64,000 nucleotides of DNA from an uncultured Nitrospiraceae bacterium (GTDB taxonomy: Bacteria > Nitrospirota > Nitrospiria > Nitrospirales > Nitrospiraceae), in NCBI GenBank assembly GCA_963730935.1, contig CAVSTP010000003.1:480001-544000 (forward strand). Direction: 5' to 3'. The translations under genes were made by a program, and so were the position numbers. The notes under the pieces are model-generated. The model ran no database searches and was not told the origin of the DNA. It worked only from the letters and a program-made list of their open reading frames with translations. This document shows, one piece after another, positions 28,396 to 38,618 of the stretch; position 1 is the first letter of the stretch; each line of letters starts with the position of its first letter.

Positions 28396-29174
28396 CGGAA
28401 GCGGTGCGTACCGAATCCGGAATGGAAGGTGTCGCACATACTCGCGCATCCCGGGCTGTCCTTCGCGCGGACGGCCTGGTCAAGAGTTTTCGCTCCCGTA
28501 AAGTGGTGAAGGGCGTATCGGTCGACGTGGCAGCCGGTGAAGTGGTGGGGTTGCTGGGTCCGAACGGAGCCGGCAAGACGACGATTTTTGACATGATCGT
28601 TGGATTGACGCAGCCGGACGAAGGCACCATTATGCTCAACAGCGAACCGATCACGGCGCTGCCCATGTTCAAACGCGCCCGAAACGGGATCGGCTATCTT
28701 CCGCAGGAGTCCTCCGTGTTTCGCCGGCTGTCCGTTCAAGACAATATCCTAGCAATTCTGGAAATGCTGGATTACTCTCGTTCGGAGCGGGCGGAACGGG
28801 TGGATGCCTTGCTCAACGAACTCGATCTCGGGCACATCAGGACCAGTATGGCCTACGCGCTTTCCGGCGGCGAACGCCGCCGGTTGGAAATTACCCGGGC
28901 CTTGGCGACCAATCCCACGTTCATGTTGCTCGATGAACCGTTTGCCGGGATCGATCCGATTGCCGTCGCCGACATTCAACAGATCATCATCAGACTCAAA
29001 GGCAAAGGCATCGGCATTCTCATCACCGATCACAATGTGCAAGAAACGCTGTCGATTACCGACCGCGCATATATCATCAATGAAGGTCTGGTTCTGGAAG
29101 CCGGCTCTCCCGACATGATCGTGAAGAGCGAGAGGGCACGCGCAGTGTATTTGGGCGAACGATTCACTCTGTAA
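28392..29174 (+). CDS. lptB: LPS export ABC ATPase LptB
   Basis: [41 protein letters not shown]. Confidence 0.97.
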   Translation: MTEAVRTESGMEGVAHTRASRAVLRADGLVKSFRSRKVVKGVSVDVAAGEVVGLLGPNGAGKTTIFDMIVGLTQPDEGTIMLNSEPITALPMFKRARNGIGYLPQESSVFRRLSVQDNILAILEMLDYSRSERAERVDALLNELDLGHIRTSMAYALSGGERRRLEITRALATNPTFMLLDEPFAGIDPIAVADIQQIIIRLKGKGIGILITDHNVQETLSITDRAYIINEGLVLEAGSPDMIVKSERARAVYLGERFTL

Positions 29175-29190
29175 CGGTACGTCTCATCCG

Positions 29191-30714
29191 ATGAAGCTTC
29201 GTCTCGATCTCCGGCTCAGTCAAAAATTGATCATGACGCCGCAGTTGCAGCAGGCGATCAAGCTGCTGCAGTTGTCGCGCCTGGAACTTCAGCAGAGTCT
29301 GGCGCAGCATCTGATGGATAATCCGCTCCTGGACGAGCTGCCGGAAGAGGCGGAAGAGAACGAATCTGCCACGGCGGAGGAACAAGCGGAGGAGGCGGCG
29401 GCAGCCGCCGCATCACCGACGACTGAAACGCCCGAAGCGGAAACCTCCGCACCGGAAGAACGCGAGAACCCTGACGAAGTGTCTGCCGCCGGTTGGGAGG
29501 AGTACTTCGGCACTGATCGGCGGACAGGCAGCGGGGAAGGCCAATCCTCGTCATCGGACGAATTTCCTTCCTACGAGCAGACCGTTGCCAAGGCGGCGTC
29601 GTTGGAAGACCACTTGCTCTGGCAACTGTCGATGTCCGGGTTATCGGAACGCCATAAGGCAATCGGGCGTTTGCTGATCGGCAATCTCGACGATGACGGT
29701 TATCTCCGGACACCGATGTCCGAAATCGTCAGCGGGACGGATTTCAGTGAAACGGAAGCCGAGTCCGTCCTCCATGACATCCAAACATTCGACCCAACCG
29801 GCGTCGGTGCGAGAGATCTGCCCGAATGCCTGATGCTGCAGCTTGGCCATTTGGGCAAGAGCCCCATGGGATCGCTGGGCGCCCGTCCAGGCGCGCTCAA
29901 AGGGTCGATCGTCGAAGCGGTGGTCCTGCATCATTTGAAAGATCTGGAAAAGAAGCAGTATGCGAAAATCGCGAAGGCCCTGGATGTGACCGTGGCCGAG
30001 GTGTTCCAGGCCACGAAGGTCATCGAAGGGCTCGAGCCCAAACCCGGCCGGCCGTTTTCCAATACGCAAAACTATGTGATCGTGCCCGACGTGTTCGTCG
30101 TAAAGAACGAAGGCGAATGGGTCGTCCTCTTGAACGATGACGGATTACCACGGATGCGCATCAGCCCCTATTATAAGCAGATGATGGCGACCGGCGAGGG
30201 CGGATCCTCGGAAACGAAAGCGTACCTGGACGAGAAGCTGCGGGCCGCGCAATGGGTGATCCGCAGCATCGAGCAGCGCAATAAGACCATCGTGAAGGTG
30301 GTGACCAGCATCGTCAAGTTTCAGGAGCAGTTTTTTGAAAAGGGAATCCAGTATCTGAGACCGCTGGTGTTGAAGCAGGTGGCTGAAGACATTGGCATGC
30401 ATGAGTCCACGATCAGTCGGGTCACGGCCAATAAGTATATGTATTGTCCGCAGGGCATGCTGGAGCTCAAGTTCTTTTTCAATGCCGGCCTGCAACGGGC
30501 GGACCAGCCCACCGGCGACATGCTGTCGTCGGTCACGGTTCGGGAGATGATCAAGAAAATGGTGGCGGAAGAGGATGCCAACCATCCCCTCAAAGACGAA
30601 GAAATCGCCGCGCGATTGCGTGAGCGCCAGGTGCTGATCGCCCGACGAACGGTCGCTAAGTACCGGGCTGAAGAAAACATCCCGCCAGCCACCCAACGCA
30701 AGCGGTTTTTCTAG
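29191..30714 (+). CDS. rpoN: RNA polymerase sigma-54 factor
   Basis: TPQLQQAIKLLQLS, HESTISR, RpoN box ARRTVAKYR. Confidence 0.98.
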   Translation: MKLRLDLRLSQKLIMTPQLQQAIKLLQLSRLELQQSLAQHLMDNPLLDELPEEAEENESATAEEQAEEAAAAAASPTTETPEAETSAPEERENPDEVSAAGWEEYFGTDRRTGSGEGQSSSSDEFPSYEQTVAKAASLEDHLLWQLSMSGLSERHKAIGRLLIGNLDDDGYLRTPMSEIVSGTDFSETEAESVLHDIQTFDPTGVGARDLPECLMLQLGHLGKSPMGSLGARPGALKGSIVEAVVLHHLKDLEKKQYAKIAKALDVTVAEVFQATKVIEGLEPKPGRPFSNTQNYVIVPDVFVVKNEGEWVVLLNDDGLPRMRISPYYKQMMATGEGGSSETKAYLDEKLRAAQWVIRSIEQRNKTIVKVVTSIVKFQEQFFEKGIQYLRPLVLKQVAEDIGMHESTISRVTANKYMYCPQGMLELKFFFNAGLQRADQPTGDMLSSVTVREMIKKMVAEEDANHPLKDEEIAARLRERQVLIARRTVAKYRAEENIPPATQRKRFF

Positions 30715-30754
30715 CCCGGATTCGGGACGCTGCAGAATTTCCAGCTGAAGGAGC

Positions 30755-31261
30755 ATGTGGATGAAGATTACCGGTCGACATATGGATGTAACGCCCGCGC
30801 TCAAGCGGTATATCCGCGCGCGTTTTGAACGGCTCGAGCGCTACGATGTCTCACCCGATCGTTTGGAGATCGTGCTGAGTGTGACCAAGCTCCAGCATAC
30901 GGCGGAGGTGGTCTGCTCGATCAGAGGGAAGCGGTTTCAGGCCAAAACGTCGACGCGAGAAATGTACGCCACGGTCGACCAGTTGGTGGATCGCCTGGAT
31001 GGACAAATCAGGAAGTACAAGGAACGACGCGCCGAGCACAAGGGACGGCAGAAACGAGCATTGCCAGCCCAGCCGCAGACGACCGATTCCGAAGAGCTGA
31101 GAATCGTGCGTCCGAAGATCGCTGTGCTGTCACGGAGCGAGGCGCGAAACCGCCTGGACGCAGGTCCCGGGGCGATGGTGTTGTTTACCTGCGCGGATTC
31201 GGGGAAGCTACAGATTCTTAGGCGCTCAGAGACCGGTCACGTCGTCTTGATTGATCCCTGA
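30755..31261 (+). CDS. hpf: ribosome hibernation promoting factor, long HPF type
   Basis: ITGRHMDVTPAL, MYATVD, plus a C-terminal domain; directly after rpoN. Confidence 0.9.
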   Translation: MWMKITGRHMDVTPALKRYIRARFERLERYDVSPDRLEIVLSVTKLQHTAEVVCSIRGKRFQAKTSTREMYATVDQLVDRLDGQIRKYKERRAEHKGRQKRALPAQPQTTDSEELRIVRPKIAVLSRSEARNRLDAGPGAMVLFTCADSGKLQILRRSETGHVVLIDP

Positions 31262-31271
31262 GGGGGCCGGA

Positions 31272-32138
31272 ATGCCAGGACTCAAGCTCGTGGTGATCAC
31301 CGGTCTTTCGGGAGCCGGCAAGTCTCACGCGCTGAAATGTTTCGAGGACGTCGGCTATTTTTGCGTCGATAACCTGCCCCCGGCCCTCCTTCCGACCTTC
31401 GTCGAACTCTGTCACCAACAGGGTGGGGAAATCAAAAATGTCGCGCTTGGCATCGACATCCGAGAACGGGTGTTTTTCGCCGACCTCACCAGCATCCTTC
31501 AGCGCATCAAAGACCTGGGCCACTCGGTGGAGCTGCTGTTCCTCGAAGCCCGCGATGCCGTGCTGGTGCGGCGATTCTCGGAGTCGCGGAGACCGCATCC
31601 TCTGCTGCCGGAATTACCCGTCCTCGAAGGGGTGCGCTTTGAAAAGGAACGGCTTTCGGAAATTCGGTCCCACGCCGACCGCATCATTGATACCTCAAAT
31701 CTCAGTGTGCACGATTTACGGGATCTCCTAAGCCGGCACTTCAGCCACGAAGAAGCGACCCGCCGCCTCACAATATCCCTCATCACGTTCGGGTACAAGT
31801 TCGGCGTTCCCTACGACATTGATCTCCTGTTCGACGTGCGGTTTCTGCGCAATCCGTACTTCGTTCCGGATCTCAAGCCGCTGACGGGAGAAGATCCACG
31901 GGTCCGCAGCTACGTCCTCGAGGATCCCGATGCCAAAGGCTTTCTTGATCGGTTGGAAGCATTCTTCACTTTCCTCATTCCGCTGTTCGAGCGGGAACGT
32001 CGAAGTTACTTAAATGTGGGCATCGGGTGCACGGGAGGCCGCCACCGGTCGGTGGTGATTGCCAAACGATTACAAGAGAGCTTTGCTGCTGTCGGACACC
32101 ACGTCACCCTGTCTCACCGCGATCTCACTAAACAATAG
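31272..32138 (+). CDS. rapZ: RNase adapter RapZ (YvcJ family P-loop protein)
   Basis: TGLSGAGKS, VDNLP, FDVRFLRNP, GCTGGRHRSV. Confidence 0.96.
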   Translation: MPGLKLVVITGLSGAGKSHALKCFEDVGYFCVDNLPPALLPTFVELCHQQGGEIKNVALGIDIRERVFFADLTSILQRIKDLGHSVELLFLEARDAVLVRRFSESRRPHPLLPELPVLEGVRFEKERLSEIRSHADRIIDTSNLSVHDLRDLLSRHFSHEEATRRLTISLITFGYKFGVPYDIDLLFDVRFLRNPYFVPDLKPLTGEDPRVRSYVLEDPDAKGFLDRLEAFFTFLIPLFERERRSYLNVGIGCTGGRHRSVVIAKRLQESFAAVGHHVTLSHRDLTKQ

Positions 32139-32218
32139 TCACCAACGTTCCATGGGCGGGTGCCGCTGCGTCCTCCCTGGCCCTATCCTGACCGGCCTGT
32201 GAGCTGTGTGCCCTTTTC

Positions 32219-32246
32219 TTGACAGGGAGGGGACACGAACTATACT
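32219..32246 (+). promoter_or_regulatory. putative sigma70 promoter for pilMNOPQ
   Basis: TTGACA(32219-32224)-16 bp-TATACT(32241-32246). Confidence 0.65.
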
Positions 32247-32386
32247 TAGGGTGCATCGCGAAATCGCTGTATTGAAGCTGCGTTTAGCGTTTCGTGCACC
32301 GGCGGGCGGGCAAGCGGGAGCCGAATGTTAGAAAAACATAAAATGATTTGCGCTGGAAAGGAAGTCATGTACAGTCTGAGGCACGT

Positions 32387-33496
32387 ATGCTGAATTCGCT
32401 AAAAAGCCTCGTCGATACAGATATTTTGTCGCTGCTGACTCCGAAGCGGCAGTTGGTCGGGCTGGATATTGGATCCAGCGGGATCAAGCTTGTCCAGCTG
32501 AAGGAAAACCGTGGCCGGTACATTCTACAGAAGTTCGGATTCAAGCCACTCGAGCCCGAGGTGATCGTCGACGGTACGGTGATGGACGAAGGCCGCGTCG
32601 TGACGGCCATCAAAGAACTGTTCGATGAGTTGAACGTCAAGGTCAAGCAGGTGGCGGTGTCGATTTCAGGCCACGCGGTGATTATCAAGAAAATCAGCCT
32701 TCCCCCCATGCCCGACGATGAGTTGGAGGGCCAAGTCAAGTTGGCTGCCGAGCAGTACATTCCCTTCGATATCAATGAAGTGAACATCGATTTTCATGTG
32801 CTGCCTCCGGCGGAAGGCGAGGCTTCTGAGGGCGAAATGTCGGTCATCCTTGTCGCGGCGAAAAAGGACAAGATCAACGAGTTGACGGAACTCGTGAAGG
32901 GCGCAGGGCTCATGCCGATGGTCATGGATGTGGACGCCTTCGCGATCGAAAACATGCATGCGATCAACTATCCGATGTCCCAGGACGAAACGACGGCCCT
33001 CGTCAATGTCGGCGCGAGCGTGATGAACATCAATATCGTGTCCAAGGGTACGTCGCTGTTTACCCGCGATATCCCCATCGGCGGCAACCGTTATACGGAA
33101 TCCATGCAGCGTGAGTTAGGACTGTCGTACGAGGACGCGGAAGCGCTCAAGAAGGGCGGGAAGCCGTCCGGCAGTAACCAAGCCGCCGCCGCGCAGGGCG
33201 TGATCGAAAGCGTCAATGCCGAAGTGGCGTCTGAAATCGCCCGGACCATCGATTACTTCAAGTCGACGGTGACCGAAGGCGAAGTCCAGCAAGTGTTGCT
33301 GTGCGGTGGCGGGGCGCAAATCGCCGGCCTCGTAAAACAGCTGAGGGACCGGATGCAGGCGGTCGTAGAGGTTGCCAATCCGTTTGCGGAAGTCGATACA
33401 TCGGGAAGTGATTTCGACCAAGCGGCGCTGGCGGACTTGGCTCCGATGGCGTCGGTGAGCGTCGGATTGGCGCTCAGATCGGTAGGCGATCGATGA
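32387..33496 (+). CDS. pilM: type IV pilus assembly protein PilM
   Basis: VGLDIGSSGIKLVQL, QYIPF, LCGGGA, VEVANPF. Confidence 0.95.
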   Translation: MLNSLKSLVDTDILSLLTPKRQLVGLDIGSSGIKLVQLKENRGRYILQKFGFKPLEPEVIVDGTVMDEGRVVTAIKELFDELNVKVKQVAVSISGHAVIIKKISLPPMPDDELEGQVKLAAEQYIPFDINEVNIDFHVLPPAEGEASEGEMSVILVAAKKDKINELTELVKGAGLMPMVMDVDAFAIENMHAINYPMSQDETTALVNVGASVMNINIVSKGTSLFTRDIPIGGNRYTESMQRELGLSYEDAEALKKGGKPSGSNQAAAAQGVIESVNAEVASEIARTIDYFKSTVTEGEVQQVLLCGGGAQIAGLVKQLRDRMQAVVEVANPFAEVDTSGSDFDQAALADLAPMASVSVGLALRSVGDR

Positions 33497-34047
33497 TTCG
33501 CATCAATCTATTATCGTCGGGCCCGAAGGGACGCGCGCCCAAGCCACAATACGACGTGCGGGCACAACTGCTCCTTGGCGTCGGCTTGTTGGCCATCACG
33601 TTGAGTGCTTGCTGGTGGTACTCCGTCTCGCTCGACGATGAGATAGCGTCTCGCCAGACTGAGAAAGCCGATAAAGAGAAGCAGGTCGCCCAATTGAAGG
33701 AGCAGGTGAAGCAAGTCGCCGATTTCGAAGCGCGAAAGAAACAACTGGAAGACAAGAATCGCATCATCGACCAGCTGGAGAAGTCGCGTGTGGGCCCTGT
33801 GAAGGTCATGGATCATGTGAGTCAAAGCCTTGAACCGCTGAAGCTCTGGCTCGTGAGGGTGGGCTTGACGGGACAGAGCATTGACTTAGAGGGTCGCGCC
33901 CTGACCAACGACGACGTGGTCGAGTTCGTGAACAACCTGCGCCGTACGGACTATTTCACCGACATCAATCTCCAGGAAAGTCGGGCTGCGGTCGAGAGCC
34001 AGCTCAGCTTGTTCCAATTCAAGCTAGCGTTCCGCCTGAAAGGATAG
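33493..34047 (+). CDS. pilN: type IV pilus assembly protein PilN
   Basis: MIRINLL motif, TM helix, coiled coil. Confidence 0.93.
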   Translation: MIRINLLSSGPKGRAPKPQYDVRAQLLLGVGLLAITLSACWWYSVSLDDEIASRQTEKADKEKQVAQLKEQVKQVADFEARKKQLEDKNRIIDQLEKSRVGPVKVMDHVSQSLEPLKLWLVRVGLTGQSIDLEGRALTNDDVVEFVNNLRRTDYFTDINLQESRAAVESQLSLFQFKLAFRLKG

Positions 34048-34052
34048 CGAGC

Positions 34053-34676
34053 ATGAAGCTGCCGGCGATGAATCTCGAAGCCATTCGCACGATTCCGCTC
34101 ATGCAGAAGATCGCCTTTGTGGTGCTCATTCTGGCCGGCATCATCGTCATGTTCTATTACTATGTCGTCGAGCCGAAATCGATGGAAATTGCCACTCTTC
34201 AAGGCGAGGTCGGCAAGCTGGACAACGAAATCCAAACCTTGACCATCAAGGTCAAGCACCTCGATGAACTGATTGCCGCCAACAAGCAGTTGGAAATCGA
34301 ACTGGCGAAGAAAAAAGAGCGACTGCCGCCCGAGGAAGAAGCGGTGATGTTGCTCAAGCAGGTGTCCGATCTCGGCATACGGCTTGGATTGGACATCAAG
34401 CTCTGGAAGCCCGGCACCAAGAGCGAGGACGCGTCCAAGTTGTTCGTGCGGCTACCCGTCAATGTGGAGGTCACCGGGGGATACCACACCGCGGCGTTGT
34501 TTTTCGATCGCATCAACAGCTTGCCCCGGATCGTCACCGTGTCGAACCTGAAAATGGGGATGCCCAAAACCGACAAGGGTCGCGTCGTCACTCAGACGAT
34601 CTTCGATCTCATAGCGTACGCGGCTCCTCAAGATGTGAAAGTCGCCGCCGCGGCGCCTGCAGCAGCGCCCAAGTAG
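34053..34676 (+). CDS. pilO: type IV pilus assembly protein PilO
   Basis: TM helix, coiled coil, VTGGYH, LPRIV. Confidence 0.93.
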   Translation: MKLPAMNLEAIRTIPLMQKIAFVVLILAGIIVMFYYYVVEPKSMEIATLQGEVGKLDNEIQTLTIKVKHLDELIAANKQLEIELAKKKERLPPEEEAVMLLKQVSDLGIRLGLDIKLWKPGTKSEDASKLFVRLPVNVEVTGGYHTAALFFDRINSLPRIVTVSNLKMGMPKTDKGRVVTQTIFDLIAYAAPQDVKVAAAAPAAAPK

Positions 34677-34721
34677 AGTGGCCGTGAGCCCAGGAGACAG
34701 GGAGTTTCAGCCAAAGGACGG

Positions 34722-35333
34722 ATGCTCGTGAATCAGATCAGTCACAGACACATGTTTGCGGCGCTGTGCGGATGCGTCCTGGTCGCTGGACTCGCCGGAC
34801 CTGCTGCCAGCGAGCCGGGACTCACGTCCCACTTGCGGCAAGTGGCTCCTTTGCGGCAAGACTCGGTGAGAGTACCCTCGCCAGCCGACCTTCCCAAAGA
34901 GACGCCTCCGGCCTCTTTAGCGTCGGCGCCCGCTCCTATGCCCGGTTCCATGGACACAATGCCTGGCGCTCCTCCGCCGCCGTTTGGCGGATATGATCCG
35001 GCCGGGCGCCGCGACCCGTTTGCACCGGTGCTGAGTCAACTGGCCCCCGGCCAAGCCGATCCGACGCTTCCTCCCTTACAACGAGTCGGGCTGACCGATT
35101 TGAATCTGATTGCCATTATTTGGGGAGCCTACGGCTACACGGCGATGGTTCAGACCCCCGATGGGAACGGGTATACCGTCCGCAAAGGCACTCGGGTCGG
35201 TCCCAACGCCGGTGTGGTGAGCGCGGTGACCGAAAAAGGCATTATCGTGCAGGAGCGATTCACGGACGTCTACGGCAGAAAACAGGAGCGAGAGTACGTC
35301 AAGCTTCTCCATCCGAAAGAGGGCCTAGAATGA
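34722..35333 (+). CDS. pilP: type IV pilus assembly protein PilP
   Basis: YDPAGRRDPF motif, AMVQTPDGNGYTVRKG; operon position. Confidence 0.9.
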   Translation: MLVNQISHRHMFAALCGCVLVAGLAGPAASEPGLTSHLRQVAPLRQDSVRVPSPADLPKETPPASLASAPAPMPGSMDTMPGAPPPPFGGYDPAGRRDPFAPVLSQLAPGQADPTLPPLQRVGLTDLNLIAIIWGAYGYTAMVQTPDGNGYTVRKGTRVGPNAGVVSAVTEKGIIVQERFTDVYGRKQEREYVKLLHPKEGLE

Positions 35334-37273
35334 CACACATACGACATGCCACGACCACGTTCCGGATTCTTTCCGCCTTGGCGGCCTTCAGTCTCTCTCT
35401 CGCGGTCCCCTCCACGGCAGCGACTTTGGAGAGGGGCGCCGATGTGGCGATGACGCAGGCCGGTCTGGCATCTGCCGACGTCCCGACGGTGCCGTCCACG
35501 GTCACCGCGATCGAGGTTCGCAAGGAGGCCGAGCGCCTCAGCGTTACCATCAACGGCGAGGGCATGCTGTCGCATGAGGCCGTCAGGGTCGACGAACGCC
35601 GCCTGGTGATCGATATCCCGCGTGCGTCCTCGGCTCTTCGCCGACCAACGGTCCACGTCGGCCATCGGCTCCTCAAACAGATCCGCATCGGCGACCATGC
35701 CGACAAGGTTCGGCTGGTTTTCGATTTGGGACGCCAGGCGGATTACGTCGTCGAGCCTCGTGGCGCACAGCTGCTCGTGACGGTGAAGGATGCGCCGGCG
35801 AGCAACAGCACGTTGGACAGCCAAGTGGCGGCGATAGCAGAGGCCGATCTTCCCCCGGCTCGAATCGAGAGGGTTCAGGAGGGAGGCAAGGCACGGGCGG
35901 TCGCACATAGAGCGGTGCCGGCCTTTCGCGTCCGTCCCATTCAAATGATGGCCGAGCCGGAAGCGGTCGAGAAGCATACTCCGAAAGAGGATCTCGTGGT
36001 TGGTGAAACCCGCTATGTCGGCCGTCGCATTTCCTTGGACTTTCAGCAAGCCGACATCAGCAACGTTCTGCGGCTCATCGCAGAGGTCAGCGGCTTCAAC
36101 ATCGTGATCGGCGATGGCGTGAAAAGCAAAGTCACGATGAAGCTCGTGAGCGTGCCGTGGGATCAAGCGCTGGACATGATTTTAAAGATGAACGGCTTGG
36201 GCAAGATCAAGCAGGGGAACATCCTCTGGATCGATAGCCTGGCCAACATCGCCAAGCAAGAGGATGAAGAGGCGCGGGCCAAGGACGCCAAGGTCAAGGC
36301 TGAAGATCTGGTCGATCGCGTCTTCTATATCCGCAACCTCCAAGCCACCGAGTTGATGACCGCCCTGCGTCAAAATTTGAGCCCGCGCGGACTCATGCAG
36401 ATCAGCCAGGGCACCAATGCCTTGGTGGTGAGGGACACTGAAACCAAGATGGCGGTGCTCAAACAGCTGATCGAAGGCCTGGATCTCGAGGTGCCGCAGG
36501 TGCAGATTGAAGCGCGCATCGTGCAGGCTGACACGGTGTATGCGCGCGGGTTAGGTGTGCAATGGGGTATCGTGAATTCCGATTTCGGCCCCAATACGTT
36601 TTCGTCGGTGGGAAATCTGACCGGTGCGTTCGCCCCCGTCGCGGGCACGGGCGCCACGGCAATTCCGCGTGATTTTCTCGTCAACCTGCCTGCCCAGGTG
36701 GCCGGTCTTCCCTCTGTGCCTGGCATCGGATACACGTTCGGCAAACTCGCGCCCGGGTTCGCGCTGGATTTACGGCTCTCGGCCGGCGAATTGCTGGGCT
36801 TGGCGAAGGTCATCGCGGCACCGAAGATCACGACCCTGGACAAGCGGGAAGCGAAAATTTCACAGGGTGAATCGATTCCGTTCCAGACCACCTCGCTGCA
36901 GGGTACCCAGACGACGTTCGTCGACGCCAATCTGGAGTTGAACGTGACGCCGCAGATCACGTCGCGTGATCCGAGGGAAATCGGCAAGCAGATCATGATG
37001 CGCGTGCGCGCGACCCGCAATGCCGTCGGTGCAAGAAGCAACCCGGCCGGTCCGAGCATCGATCGCCGCGAAGCGAACACCCAGGTCATCGTGCGCGACG
37101 GCGAAACCATGGTAATCGGCGGAGTCTTCATCGATACACAGAACAACAACGTGCAGGGCGTGCCATATCTCTCGCGGATTCCCGTCCTCGGGTGGTTGTT
37201 CAAGAACAAGTCGGAAAGCGTCTCGAAGCAGGAACTGCTGATCTTCCTGACCCCCTCCATCGTCAAGGCCTAG
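35330..37273 (+). CDS. pilQ: type IV pilus secretin PilQ
   Basis: AMIN-like N-terminus, ISLDFQQADI, QVQIEARIV, IPVLGWLFK, ELLIFLTP; ATGA overlap with pilP. Confidence 0.96.
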   Translation: MTHIRHATTTFRILSALAAFSLSLAVPSTAATLERGADVAMTQAGLASADVPTVPSTVTAIEVRKEAERLSVTINGEGMLSHEAVRVDERRLVIDIPRASSALRRPTVHVGHRLLKQIRIGDHADKVRLVFDLGRQADYVVEPRGAQLLVTVKDAPASNSTLDSQVAAIAEADLPPARIERVQEGGKARAVAHRAVPAFRVRPIQMMAEPEAVEKHTPKEDLVVGETRYVGRRISLDFQQADISNVLRLIAEVSGFNIVIGDGVKSKVTMKLVSVPWDQALDMILKMNGLGKIKQGNILWIDSLANIAKQEDEEARAKDAKVKAEDLVDRVFYIRNLQATELMTALRQNLSPRGLMQISQGTNALVVRDTETKMAVLKQLIEGLDLEVPQVQIEARIVQADTVYARGLGVQWGIVNSDFGPNTFSSVGNLTGAFAPVAGTGATAIPRDFLVNLPAQVAGLPSVPGIGYTFGKLAPGFALDLRLSAGELLGLAKVIAAPKITTLDKREAKISQGESIPFQTTSLQGTQTTFVDANLELNVTPQITSRDPREIGKQIMMRVRATRNAVGARSNPAGPSIDRREANTQVIVRDGETMVIGGVFIDTQNNNVQGVPYLSRIPVLGWLFKNKSESVSKQELLIFLTPSIVKA

Positions 37274-37279
37274 AGGAAT

Positions 37280-37308
37280 GCCGCAGTCCTCGTTCAGGGG
37301 ACTGCGGC
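37280..37308 (+). terminator. hairpin downstream of pilQ
   Basis: 10-bp stem GCCGCAGTCC/GGACTGCGGC; no U-tract. Confidence 0.5.
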
Positions 37309-37477
37309 CGTTGCTCGCTGGTCGTCCCCGCCAGCACTCAGCCAGTCACCTCTGACCCGTTCCCTCTGAACGATACCTCGCCGCCTGCCGACTGAAAGCT
37401 ATTATCTTTTCATTGGGTTGTGCTACCATCGGCAGGATTTGCCCCAAACTGCTCTGGAACGGACCCTTCCAATAGCC

Positions 37478-38614
37478 ATGACACCGGTGACCGGCCAACG
37501 CATACCCGTTTCCCTCGGAGAGCGGAGCTATGAGATTTTCCTCGAGCCAGGCTCGAGCCGAACGCTCGGCGACCGCCTCAAGGCGCTCATCAACACTGCC
37601 AAAATCGGCATCATCACCGACCGTCATGTGGCGCGCCACTATCTCAAGCCCACCGTCGAGTCGCTGAAGCAGGCCGGACTTGATCCGGTGCCCATTGTCT
37701 TGCCGCCGGGTGAGCGCACGAAGACCCTCGCGACCGTCGCGCGGATCCTCGATGTCCTGGCCACACATCGGTTCGAGCGCCGTTCGGTGCTCCTGGCGCT
37801 GGGCGGCGGCGTCATCGGCGACCTCGCGGGGTTCGCCGCCTCGGTCTACCAGCGAGGCATCCCGTATGTGCAGGTCCCTACGACGCTGGTGGCGCAGGTG
37901 GATTCCAGCGTCGGAGGGAAAACAGGCGTCGACCATCGCCTGGGGAAAAATCTCATCGGCGCGTTCCACCAGCCCAAAGCGGTGATCATCGATCCGTTCA
38001 TGCTCCACACCCTGCCGCGCCGCGAGTGGATCGCAGGTCTTGCGGAGGTGATCAAGTACGGCATCATCGCCGATGAAGCCTTGTTTTCGTTTTTAGAAGC
38101 CTCCATGCCGGACCTGCTGAAATTGGACGCGCAGGCCGTCATGCGGGCTGTTGCCCGGTCCTGCGAAATCAAGGCGGAGGTAGTGACGGCGGACGAGAGG
38201 GAATCTGACCGTCGGCGGATTTTGAACTATGGCCATACGATCGGACATGCGCTGGAATCGCTTGGAGGCTATCGCCGCCTGATTCACGGAGAGGCCGTGG
38301 GCATCGGCTTGGTCGCGGAAGCGGATCTGGCCGTCCATCTGGGATTCTGCGGGAAGGACGTTGCCACGAGGATTCGGCGGCTCGTGCTGGCGGCGGGGCT
38401 GCCTGACCGGCTGCCGCCCAGGACGTCGTTTGGCGCCCTGTGGGGCGCTATGCAACACGATAAGAAGGTCGTGGGCGGCAACGTCGTCGGGGTATGGCCG
38501 GTGCGCATCGGGGACGTCGTGATTCGTCCCTTGGCACAAGAGGCATGCGCCGCGTGGTTTCGAACCCTCGAGGCTCCTTCACAACGGCGCAAGCCGGCCA
38601 TGCGAAAGACCTAG
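37478..38614 (+). CDS. aroB: 3-dehydroquinate synthase
   Basis: ALGGGVIGDLAGF, PTTLVAQVDSSVGGKTG, LNYGHTIGHALE. Confidence 0.97.
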   Translation: MTPVTGQRIPVSLGERSYEIFLEPGSSRTLGDRLKALINTAKIGIITDRHVARHYLKPTVESLKQAGLDPVPIVLPPGERTKTLATVARILDVLATHRFERRSVLLALGGGVIGDLAGFAASVYQRGIPYVQVPTTLVAQVDSSVGGKTGVDHRLGKNLIGAFHQPKAVIIDPFMLHTLPRREWIAGLAEVIKYGIIADEALFSFLEASMPDLLKLDAQAVMRAVARSCEIKAEVVTADERESDRRRILNYGHTIGHALESLGGYRRLIHGEAVGIGLVAEADLAVHLGFCGKDVATRIRRLVLAAGLPDRLPPRTSFGALWGAMQHDKKVVGGNVVGVWPVRIGDVVIRPLAQEACAAWFRTLEAPSQRRKPAMRKT

Positions 38615-38618
38615 CACG

